64,000 nucleotides of DNA from Camelus ferus (lineage: Eukaryota). The notes beneath the pieces are model-generated. The model saw only the letters and a program-made list of their open reading frames with translations, had not been told where the DNA came from and did no database searches. Both the position numbers and the translations under genes were made by a program. This document shows, in pieces, positions 53,111 through 64,000 of this stretch (its first letter is position 1; each line of letters starts with the position of its first letter). Where the stretch lies: NCBI RefSeq assembly GCF_009834535.1, contig NC_045697.1, forward strand, positions 48,176,001 through 48,240,000. The letters run 5' to 3'.

Positions 53111-53739
53111 TATGCTTTCTGTGTCCACCTTAAGTTTAAATACGATTTTTGTATGTATGTATGTTGGTTATCAACTTTTTATCCCTGGATTTTTCCAGGA
53201 TGGGAATGGAGAGGGAACCCAGTCCATGGACATGCCTAGCTAGATATAAAATGTTGTACAAATTGTGGCCACTGCATTCTCATTTTTTTTCTAACTTTCA
53301 TACAAGGGTAACTTTATTAAAGCAAGGAACCGAACACAATTTTAAAGGACATTTTTCAAAGGACTCCAGCTCCATCATCTCTTCTCCTAACTTTTATCTT
53401 CATTGAGATATTGTGCAAGGTTAAGTTTACTTTTCCTAGTGCTGCTGTTTTGGCTTATCTTGGTAATCTCATCTTCATGTCTGATTCTGGCTCTGGAACT
53501 GCATGATCACTTTCAGAGTCAGCCTCAGCCTCAGTTGATGGTTTTGGGAAGAGATAATTTAAGTCCATTGGGTATTTAGACCTTTGCTTAAGCTATTGCA
53601 CCACCAAAGGCACCGCTTTTCAAATCTTGGAACTGATGTGGTAGCTCGAGGAAAAACACACATGGTGATCCCTTCCAGCATGCAATAGAATCCTTCCTTC
53701 TGAGATACAGTCGGTGTTGGTTTCCTCCCCCTATATGCC

Positions 53740-53926
53740 TTTGTTTGTTTTTTTTTTCATTGAAGTATAGTCGGTTACAACTCATCAATTTCTAGTGTAC
53801 AGCATAATGTCCCAGTCATGCATACACATACATATATCTGTTTTCATATTCTTTTTCATTAAAGGTTAATGTAAGATACTGAATATAGTTCCCTGTGATA
53901 TACAGAAGAAATTTGTTTTTTATCTA
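53740..53926 (-). mobile_element. Short L1 3'UTR insertion
   Basis: T-rich tail plus TTGAAGTATAGTC...TTTTCATATTCTTTTTCATTA...GAATATAGTTCCCTGTG; possible degenerate TSD CCCCCTATATGCC / CCCTTTATATACC. Confidence 0.9.
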
Positions 53927-54029
53927 ATCCCTTTATATACCAAGAGCAGAAGTCCCAAGGTAGGGATACCCTGCAGGAGGCTGATGAATTTAGATGGAAG
54001 AAAGTATAACCTTGTCTGCCCATCTTTCT

Positions 54030-54172
54030 TAAGTGCATGTGCTTTATCCAGAAATAGTTTCAACACCAGTAAAGGAAATACTAATAGATCAACCCACATA
54101 AGAAGAAGTTCTTTGGAGCCCTCAGTAATTTTCACAAGCGTAAAGGAATCCTGAGACCAGCAAGTTAATAGA
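54030..54172 (+). mobile_element. Charlie1-like hAT terminal fragment
   Basis: TCTTTGGAGCCCTCAGTAATTTTCACAAGCGTAAAGGAATCCTGAGACCA matches the recalled Charlie1 end. Confidence 0.7.
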
Positions 54173-55787
54173 TATCCCAGGACCGAGTGTAATACGTGGA
54201 GCAAAGAAAAGTCTTGTAGCAGAGACTCCTGGTGCCCATGTCACAGCCCCCTGGCCTGCCCCAGTTACCACTGTTTTATGGTGCTTTGCAATTTGCGAAT
54301 AGCTAGTAAGGAGGCAGAAATGCTAAGTTACCGTGCATTGCTATGCTTCTGTGTCTTCTTGCTAATAAAATTAGGGAAACTATTACTTTGAGATCATAGT
54401 ACTTCAACATTTGTGTTTCTAACCTTCTCTACTGTAGGACTTCAGTGTTTTTGATGCTATTTTTCTTCTTCCTAAAGTGCTGGCAACATCAGTGTGCCAC
54501 AGTTGTGCTTCGTGGCACACTGAGCTCAAAGAGCATATGTCTTACATCTAGAGTGAAAATTTGGCATTTGGGGAGCAATGAAGGAAGCTGTTAATCAGAC
54601 TGGAATGTGAGACTCCAGTTCCATTTATGGATGTGATACAATTTTTAAAACTTAGATATCTTCCCTATAATAATTTTTTCCCCTTAAGATTGGGTGAAAA
54701 GAGTGGTGCTTCAGTGTTTGGTGTGAATAATACCAAATTCTTACTTCTCCTTTTTAAAAGTTTGATTCAACACATTAGTATAAGTGAAGTCAAACAGCAC
54801 TGAAAGTACCAAATGATAATAAATCTAGCTAAGTTGTGGGATTCTAAGAATATTTGGTATTAATTTGATTTAACTTGATATTTTTTAGAAGTTGTCAGTA
54901 AAATGTGGTACTTTTATTTAATTCAAAGTTTATGCTGGAAATGCTAGTGTTTGTAACACATAATCTTGTAAGATGAGTTGATGACATGGCCTGATTTCCA
55001 ACTGGAAAATTGAATCACATCTAGAAAACCAGAGTTTCATTCAGTGAAAATTGGTCACTGGGTCTCTGTCTCTCTCTTACTCATACACACATACATAGAC
55101 ACACACACACCCATCTTCCTTACAGTAACCAAAAAACCAGAGGTCTAGTCTAGAAGACTGATTCCTCCTAATTGTATACGCCCCCCCATTTAAAATGAGT
55201 CAGAAAGTCAACAATCCTTCTTAAGTTTTTGCAACCTTAGAAACACACAGGAATTGAGATTTCACTTCCTGTCACCGTTTCTTCAGTTCTTTTGAGCATT
55301 CACCATATTTTTGGTGCCAGAGTAGGCTTTAGGGATACAACAAACAAAGCAGACACCAACTCTGTCATGTCAAAAATTAATGGTCCACACCTGGAGCTAA
55401 CACATACCAACTATGCTACAATTTAAAAAAGGTCATTTTTTTTAAGTATATACATTTAAAAAGAGGAAAGGGTAGAGGGCACATAGGTTTGTGATATACT
55501 ATTTTTCCCCTTCCTCCCAATTTTTAAATTTAAAAGTTTATTGTCTGAGAATCTGTAGAATTAGGCCCTGTCTTTTATTTAGTAATGTTGTTGAACTAAA
55601 AAAAAAAAAAAAAAAAAGCATAACCAGTTTAAAAAAAAAAAAACTTAACGGTCTAGTTTACCACTAGTCTAGCAAATATAATGCACTTCTACTTTGCATG
55701 ACTACCTCCTCACTAAAGTATATTCTTTAAGGGCAAGGACTCATCCTGTGCCTTATTTCCTAATAAGCTTCTTGGTGTCCTAGTAGT

Positions 55788-56200
55788 GTACCTAATTTGC
55801 TTTCAGCTACAAGTATCAGAGGTACTGATCTAAAGGTGACAAACGTTTGAAGTGTACTTTTCTCAAGTAACAGGAAATCCAGAAGTAGGTGGTTGCAGTG
55901 TTGGATTGGAAGCTCCACCGTGTCACTGAGAACTACAGAGTTTTCTGTCTTTTCTACAACCTCAGGTGTTGGTCAGAACTATCAGTCAGAGCTATAAGAT
56001 GACTGCAGTAGCTCCAAACATCATAACCTCACATGACAAAGTCCAGAAGTAGAAAAGGAGATTTGGAGTCTCTTCCAAGCTTCCCTCCTTTTATCAATTA
56101 AGGAAACATTTCAAAAGTTTTCCTTAATGTTTCCTTGATCATAATGGGTCACTTAGCCACCAACAGCTAGTTGCCAAGGAGGCTGAGTGGTAACCAAGAA
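55788..56200 (-). mobile_element. Old MaLR LTR (MLT1J/K/L-like)
   Basis: TGCTTTCAGCTACAAGTATCAGA...TAACAGGAAATCCAGAAGTAGG...AAGATGACTGCAGTAGCTCCAAACATCA. Confidence 0.75.
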
Positions 56201-57964
56201 TCAGCTGCCGTTGAGTAAAGAAACTGAGTGCGCACAAGGCAGGCAATCCACAGTATTTGCCACAAAGCCATATTCATATTTGTTAAATGAAGGTCAGGGG
56301 AATAGACGACCAAAAAGCAGACTAGAATAAAGGATGAGACGATGACATAGATGATGACTAGTCTTAGGATGACAAGAGTTAAATCAAGGAGTATTATCAT
56401 TTCCAGGTTCCCAAATCCTCAATGAATCTGTGTGCATTTGGGAATTGGGGATGGGGAGGTTTCATAAGATGATAGCAGTAATGACAGGCATAACCAGTAC
56501 CTGAGGAAGGTTGTCAGAATAACTGAAGATCCACGACCTATCTGTGGACAGGGTAGAACCAGGACACTGATACTGAGTTCCATGCCAGATTTTAAGGTCG
56601 TCTGGAGAATGCGCAGATTCTTTTCTAGTGAGTGACCAAGAAATCAGCATGTCCAGGTTTCAATTAGAGGCAAAAAAGTGTAGAGGTAGTCTATTTTGCT
56701 GTGATGTATATAGGAAAGTTTATTTATAGGACAAATGGGAGTTGCAGTCAGCAGTGGACGTGTTTGAAAGAACAATATCAAAAAGAAGTTGTGGTTTGGA
56801 GGGTGGGGAGAGAAGCAGGCAGGAAGGAAACTGGGATAAATACATGGGCACAAATAAATTTCCTGCAAGGTTTCTACTCCAGATCCTGGCAGGAATTCAA
56901 GAGGATGAGAAGTCAAGATAAAGAGGAAGCTTATGGATAAATTTAACCAGCTCTATAAGTTATGACTCTCTAGTGTCAAGTAAACCAACTTTATTTAAAA
57001 AAAAGAGAGAGAGAGAGAGAGGATTTTGAACAGACTCTAAAGTTAAGAAGTCAGCTGGGCCTCAGAAAGTGACAAGAAGCTAAGTCTGATAAACTGCCAG
57101 AACTCTCCCATCTCTGTTTCTACATATTCAGATAATTTTTCTCTGCTCTCCTAGGCTATTGATAGAATACAGCAACCCCACACTTCTTAAGTTTACATGT
57201 TTTATTTCCAGCCACCCATTAACATGCTGACTTAATTCCACATCCTTGGACAAGATCTGATTGTGTCTCTTTTGATTAGATGGGATCTATCCAGCCTCTG
57301 CTAATGCCAGGGACACAATTATGTAATAGATTCTATGAGCCTACTCCTAAAATGAGAAGAAGGGACAGTTTAAGAGAAGAGGATTATTATGTGTTGTGCA
57401 GACATGCCAGCTATCTGTTATGGTGCTGAAACCAGAGATATTTGGTGTGGTATGACTTGGTACAGCTCTGGTCTTCAGGAGTCTCTGGTGGTTACTGAGG
57501 TTAGCAGTAGGATCTGAGTCTATCCTATCCTCACATTGGATTTCACGTTTCATTCAGTGGGTGATCTAGAAGGAGAAGTAGAACATGGAAAAGTAAGACC
57601 AAGTCCCAAAGGTGTGACACCTATGTCACGTAGAAGAGGTGTTTGGGTAAGAGAGGTGAGGCGGGGGTTGGAAGGAAGGGAAGAACCACACAAACATTAA
57701 GAACAGAGCTGATACTGATTCCTTCACCAACAGAGATCTCTAACTGGGCAGTCTTGCTACCACAGAAAAAGAATGTATGAATCTCACCTTAAGGTGAGGG
57801 ATCACAAAATATGCTAAAGGCAGAAAATGCTACTTTGAAAGTAGTCAATAGCTGACTCCATAATTTTGAAGACATCTTTTAGTAAATACCATAGAGGAAA
57901 CATCTTTTAGCTTTAATTTAAAAAAATATATATTTAAACACCTAGGAAGAAGTCATCTAGTAAG

Positions 57965-58150
57965 ATGGCATGAAGTGGTGGGAAGAACCCTGGACTTGAA
58001 ATGAATAAGCCAGACTTGAAATTCTGGCTGCACACCCTGAGTTACCTTGAGCAAATACTTATTCTTCTTTTTAATAAGTAAGGAAGCTAATAGCAGAGAG
58101 ATTAAGACCTTTTTGACTTAGGACTTGACATGGCTGTGAGGATCAACTGA
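57965..58150 (+). mobile_element. MIR remnant
   Basis: GGCATGAAGTGGTGGGAAGAACCCTGGACTTG...TTGAAATTCTGGCT...ACCTTGAGCAAA. Confidence 0.65.
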
Positions 58151-58502
58151 ACTGGCTTAACAGCAGGTGGGAAACAGCTGAACTCTATGCAAATATTAGT
58201 AATGACCCAGAAATCAGAGGAGAGATGTTCATCTATGGATGACAGGGGACGACTCTCAGTTTAGCTAATAGTCACTCCTATAGCAATTGAATGCCTTGGG
58301 GGCTGAGGGAAAGGATGGTGAGTCCTGAGAGTGCAGGGCCAGTCTTACTCAGGGCAGGTATCAACTCTAAAACTTTCCTTTATAAGAAGTGTATTCCTTA
58401 ATCACCAAGCAAGCCTCCTTGTAGGATTTTTGGAGGCACATATCCAGGTGGAAACACTTGCAAACTTGAGTGGCACAGATGGGACCCACTTGGTCAATAG
58501 TA

Positions 58503-58725
58503 CAGTTGACCCTTGAACAGCTGTGGATTAAGAATCCTGACCCTCCTTGCAACTGAAAATCCACACTTAGCTGTATAGTCAGCCTTCTGTATCTGTGGTT
58601 CTGCACTCTGGATTCAACCAATGGCAGATTGTATGGTACTGTAGTACTATTTAATGAAAAAGAAAAGAAATCTGTAGATTAGTGGACCCACACAGTTCAA
58701 ACCTGTGTTGTCCAAGGGTCAACTC
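58503..58725 (+). mobile_element. MER8-like TcMar-Tigger MITE
   Basis: TIRs CAGTTGACCCTTGAACA / TGTCCAAGGGTCAACT; TA on the 5' flank; AGTGGACCCACACAGTTCAAACC subterminal sequence. Confidence 0.9.
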
Positions 58726-60325
58726 TCTAAGGACCTCACAGAGCAGCCTGTTGGTTTGGATATAAAGAATTCTGTCCCAAAGACTGGACTTTTGGGCGTA
58801 GAGGAAAGTGGAAGGGGGGGATGGAAAAGACCTTACTCAGTGTCCCTGGACCCGTTGTGCTCGGAAGCCTGTGGGTGGGATGATGTCCTAGAAATAAGTG
58901 CATGGGGATTTTTGTTTGGGCATACATCTGTTTGATCTGGAGGTCAGCTGGGCCACAACAGGAACATACAAACATGAACAAGCTTGCAGTCCACAAGAAA
59001 GAACATTGCATAGGGAGGGAAATCTGCTGGCTGGTTTCAGCTCTGCCAGGAGCTGGCTGGGTTTCTTCAGGCAAACCCCTTGAGCCCTCTCAGGATCAAG
59101 CCACCCACATTTATTAACTTTTTATAGTATGTTTATAGTTAAGAATCTTAGGATCCTTGCTTAAAAGATAAGACAGTTGGAGCAGATAGAGCTTGAAATG
59201 TCCAGGCCCACAGAGTATTCTGTGATTTTCTGAATAGTCTACTGGCCAGAAATATGGTCCTCTCTGACAGTATTGATTTCAAGAGATGCTATAGGACCAC
59301 AGACGTCTTCTAGGAAAACTCCTCAGGATTCTCTGACCCCCCACCCGATCTTAGCTCCCTTCTGACACCCCAAGCAATGGGGACATTAGTGGTAGATATT
59401 GTACATACCAAGATGGTTGGTGGATGATCTAATCACCGGACAGGGATGGGCCCATAAGTGCCTTGTTTATTTTAAAAGAGGGAAAAGACAGGAAGGATTG
59501 AAACAGGAGGAGAGCTGGGGAAGAAAGAATATTATGTTTAGAATAAAGGCTTAAAAATCCACTGTGAGCCAAAAGGGGAATCCCACTCTTTTTGCATGAG
59601 CCTGGTTCCTCTTTTACATATTTGGGAGGACAGTATAATTAGCTGAGGACACTGAGCAACCTCAAGGCATTTGGAAGTCCCCTCTGGCCCCCATTTCAAA
59701 AGGAGGCTCTTAATTTTATTCAAAATCCTGACCACAAATGTGCTGAATCAGACCCTGGATGCCTTCTGTCTGCCAGCAGGAATGGGGACTCTTGGAGGTA
59801 CCCATTAGCTGGAAGCCTTATGTACTTTCTGGTAAGGAAAATAAAGGGAATGACCCTAAATTTTGGATTATACAACCATGCTCTGATGATAGTCTGTCAA
59901 CTGTTGGTTGTACAGTTGAACTTCTGCTTCAATCATTGCCAACTCTCTGCCAATCAAGGGGCTATATCCTCATTTAAAAAATGTTGATGCAATGAGAGAT
60001 GCAATGAGAGTCAGACCTAATGCTCTTAAAGGTAGCCTTGCTCAAATCACTAAACATTCGAAATTACATTAACATAACATAACCTTTGTTTCTACCCAAT
60101 ATCATACTCTGAATATTGTCTATATGCCCAAAGACTTATATAGAGTAGCAAAGAAGTAAATGTGCTTCCAATCCATTATGAAATTATAATTCATTTTACA
60201 GAGTAGGAAAGTCTGTGAGGGGAAATTGATTGGTAGCTCCAAGGCAGCCTGGAAAGGACCCCAGTGGACCATATAAACATGGCAGTAGGCACATGGACTC
60301 ATCCAAACAAGAAAGGGTTCAGCTA

Positions 60326-60364
60326 ACTGAATAAAGAAGTTATAGTGTATATGTATGTATGTGT

Positions 60365-60409
<45 letters not shown>

Positions 60410-60900
60410 GGAATACTACTCAGCCATGAAAAGGGATAAAAATGCCACTTGTGGCAACATAGATGAACCTAAAGGTTGTCATACTTAGTGAAGTAAGCCA
60501 GAAAGAGAAAGAAAAATACCATATGATATCACTTATATGAGGAATCTAAAAAAGAAAAAAAAGACACAAATGAACTTATTTATAAAACAGAGACAGACTC
60601 AGAGACATAGAAAACAAACTTATGTTTACTGGGGGACAAGGAGGTGGGAAGGGATAAACTGGGAGACTGAGATTTGGAGATACAAACTACTGTATGTAAA
60701 ATAAGTAAAACAGCAAGGTCCTACTGTATAGTACAGGGAAATATATTCAATACCTTGTAATGGCCTATAATGAAAAAGAATATGAAAAGGAATATATATA
60801 TATATGAATCACTATGCTGTGCACTAGAAATTAACATAATATTGTAAATCAATTATACTTGAATAAAAACAAACAAGCAAAAAACAACAAAAAGAAAGCA
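60326..60900 (+). mobile_element. L1 3' end (ORF2 C-terminus remnant, 3'UTR, A-rich tail)
   Basis: GGAATACTACTCAGCCA...AGTGAAGTAAGCCAGAAAGAGAAAGAAAAATACCATATG; AATAAA at 60862. Confidence 0.93.
60368..60407. repeat. (AC)20 microsatellite within L1
   Basis: Read directly; preceded by a short TATG/TG run. Confidence 0.95.
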
Positions 60901-60932
60901 AGTGTATATCCCTAGATGTAAAAGCAGAAACC

Positions 60933-63057
60933 CAACATATTCTTGGAAGTCCTAGTCACAGCAATCAGGCAAGAGAGAGAAATAAAAGGGATCCAAATTG
61001 GAAAAGAAGAGGTAAAAGTGTCACTATATGCAGATGGCATGATATTGTATATAGAAAACCCTAAAAGTTCCACACAAAAACTACTAGAACTAAGCAAAGA
61101 ATTCAGCAAGGTAGCAGGTTACAAGATTAGCATACAAAAATCAGTTGCATTTCTTTACACTAATGATGAATCAACAGGAAAAGAAAGTAAAGAAACAATC
61201 CCCTTTAAAATGGCACCCAAAGTAATAAAGTACCTAGGAATAAATCTAACCAAAGAGGTGAAAGACTTATACATGGAGAACTATAAAACACTGATTAAGG
61301 AAATTAAAGAAGACTTTAAAAAATGGAAAGATATCCCATGCTCCTGGATTGGAAGAATCAATATTGTTAAAGTGGTCACACTGCCCAAAGCAATCTACAG
61401 ATTTAATGCAATCCCTATCAAATTACCCAGGACATATTTCACAGAACTAGAACAAATCATAATAAAATTTATATGGAACCATCAAAGACCTAGAATTGCC
61501 AAGACATTACTGAAGAAAAAGAAAGAGGCTGGAGGAATAACTCTTCCAGACTTCAGACAAAACTATACAGCTACAGTAATCAAGACAGCATGGTATTGGT
61601 ACAAAAACAGACATATGGACCAACAGAACAGAATAGAGAGCCCAGAAATGAACCCACAAACTTTTGGTCAACTAATCTTCGACAAAGGAGGCAAGAATAT
61701 ACAATGGAACAAAGACAGTCCCTTCAGCAAATGGTGTTGGGAAAACTGGACAGCAGCATGTAAAACAATGAAGCCAGAACACTCCCTACACCATACACAA
61801 AAATCAACTCAAAATGGATCAAAGACTTAAACATAAGACAAAATACAATAAACCTCCTAGAAGAAAATATAGGCAAAACATTATCTGACATACATCTCAA
61901 AAATGTTCTCCTAGGGCAGTCTACCCAAGCAATAGAAATAAAGCAAGAATAAACAAATGGGACCTAGTTAAACTTACAAGCTTCTGCACAGCAAAGGAAA
62001 CCATAAGTAAAACAAAACGACAACCTACGGAATGGGAGAAAGTTTTTGCAAAAGATGAAACTGACAAAGGTTTGATCTGCAGAATATATAAGCAGCTCAT
62101 ACAAATTAATAAGAAACAAACAACCCAATCCAAAAATGGGCAGAAGACCTAAACAAGCAATTCTCCAAGGCACATGAAAAAGTGCTCAATATCACTAATT
62201 ATCAGGGAAATGCAAATCAAACCTATGATGAGGTATCACCTCACACCAGCCAAAATGGCCATCATTCAGAAGTCCACAAATGACAAATGCTGGAGAGGCT
62301 GTGGAGAAAAGGGAACCCTTCTACGCTGCTGGTGGGAATGCAGTTTGGTGCAGCCACTGTGGAAAACAGTATGGAGATTCTTCAAAAGACTAGGAATAGA
62401 CTTACCATATGACCCAGGAATCCTGCTCCTGGGCATATATCCAGAAGGAACCCTACTTCAAAAAGACAGCTGCACCCCAATGTTCATAGCAGCAGTATTT
62501 AAAATAGCCAAGACATGGAAACAGCCTAAATGTCCATCTACAGATGACTGGATAAAGAAGAAGTGGTATATTTATACAATGGAATACTATTCAGCCATAA
62601 AAATGACAACATAATGCCATTTGCAGCAACATGGATGTCCCTGGAGAATGTCATTCTAAGTGAAGTAAGCCAGAAAGAGAAAGAAAAATACCATATGAGA
62701 TTGCTCATACGTGGAGTTAAAAAAAATGAACATAAATACAAAACAGAAACAGACTCATAGTCATAGAATCCAAACTTGTGATTGTCAGGGGGGTGGGGGG
62801 TGGGAAGGGACAGACTGGGATTTCAAAATTTGTAGATACTGATATATACAGGCATATATAAAATAGATAAACAAGATTATAGTGTATAGCACAGGGAAAT
62901 ATATACAAGATCTTGTGGTAGCTCATAGCAAAAAAAAATGTGACAATGAATATACGTATGTTCACATATAACTGAAAAATTGTGCTCTACACTGGAAATT
63001 GACACAACATTGTAAACTGACTATAACTCAATAAAAATATGTTAAAAAACAAAAAAA
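60933..63057 (+). mobile_element. Young 5'-truncated L1 (~2.1 kb; RT 3' half through 3'UTR) with perfect 13-bp TSD; ORF2 disrupted
   Basis: [12 protein letters not shown]...[10 protein letters not shown]...KYLGINLTK...[14 protein letters not shown]; frameshifts near 61790 and 62170; TSD AAAAGCAGAAACC at 60920-60932 and 63058-63070. Confidence 0.97.
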
Positions 63058-63544
63058 AAAAGCAGAAACCACTGTCCTATCTGGAAGAAAAATATAGTAT
63101 CACTTAGGGTAACAAATGCAATTCCTAAGTTAACTAGGGCTCCAGAATATTAAATCGTGAAAAGGATAGCAAGAGATTATGATTTCCTGCTGGGACAACT
63201 GACATCACACTTTTGCTCATGTGTTCTTGATTGCCCTTTATATAAAGACTAATCTTGTGGGCTGTTCTAGGAATGCCGTTCTATACAAATCATCTCCATA
63301 GATGACTGTGGGTCAGGCCTCCCTGAGGGTCATTCCAGCCTTTTTGTTCATTGTGGTCATTCTTTCCATCTTGTTCAGAGGGTTAAGTGTGGTCATTTGA
63401 TCTCTGCTCTTCCGAGGTTCTATCATCCCCATTGCTTCCAGGAGCCCAGGTCCATAACAGCTTCTCTTATTGTCAGTTTCAGCTCATAGAGGATAGCTTT
63501 TCATCAAGGTTGGTGCAGCATTTAAAGTGGTCAGTATCTGCAGC

Positions 63545-64000
63545 TTGAGGACAGCCTGTGATGAAATTCAGGCCCAATACCTGACTACAGAATAGCAGAA
63601 TTATAAATAAGGCTGAACTCATAGTCCCAGAACATCTTCTATGCTAAAGTCTGGCCCTATAAGAAAGGAGTGAGTAAAACCTATGATAGGGATGCACTTA
63701 AGAACTCTAAATGCCCACATTCCCCTAAACACTCTGGGGACAATAGAATTGCCCCATGGCCCCTTACTAGAGCATACGGGCCCCCACTACCTGGTAACAT
63801 GCAAGGTCTCACCTGAGGCATATGTCTTGCAAGATGATGTTGTCCTAAATTTTGACTCCATCTCTCCTCATGACCTCTAGGCCAATAGTGAGGATCAAGA
63901 GCCAGCATGGCCCAATTAAGGAAGTGCCATCTATGCTTTAGGAGCCAGAGCAAGAGAAGACTCTGCAGCAAATTCAGGCTATGGCTCTTCATCCTGTTTC
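63545..64000 (+). mobile_element. ERVL internal (gag-like) remnant running off the window end
   Basis: CAGGCCCAA...AATAGCAGAATTA...CTTCTATGCTAAAGTCTGGCCC resembles 23258-23350. Confidence 0.55.

Noticed and set aside
60943..62614. RT-containing ORFs as a novel retroelement or active gene
   Set aside because: Ordinary 5'-truncated L1 ORF2 lacking EN and ORF1, with YADG, frameshifts and a broken zinc knuckle.

Overview
Mammalian (eutherian) non-coding genomic DNA: AT-rich, CpG-depleted and dense in interspersed repeats. I found no host protein-coding gene, RNA gene or CRISPR array. The only ORFs with recognisable products are LINE-1 ORF2 fragments (endonuclease, reverse transcriptase, C-terminal CCHC knuckle) and decayed ERVL gag. 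The window holds young 5'-truncated L1s with clear target-site duplications (TSDs), older L1M-type copies, ERVL/MaLR LTRs, hAT and Tigger MITEs, MIR and L2 remnants, and microsatellites. I saw no Alu, B1, BovB/Bov-A, PRE-1 or Can-SINE elements; the young L1 3'UTRs suggest an artiodactyl, possibly a camelid (inference from memory). The notable structures are: an 86-bp perfect (CA)n(CG)n(TG)n palindrome, a twin-primed inverted L1, a three-layer nested insertion, a chimeric L1 inside one TSD, an unexplained ~45-bp direct repeat around an LTR, a duplicated CTCF-like motif, an ERVL gag/L1 5'UTR fusion, and candidate immune-type enhancer motif clusters. I cannot support a claim of a novel biological system. 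Repeat subfamily names come from recalled consensus sequences, and boundaries of old repeats are approximate.
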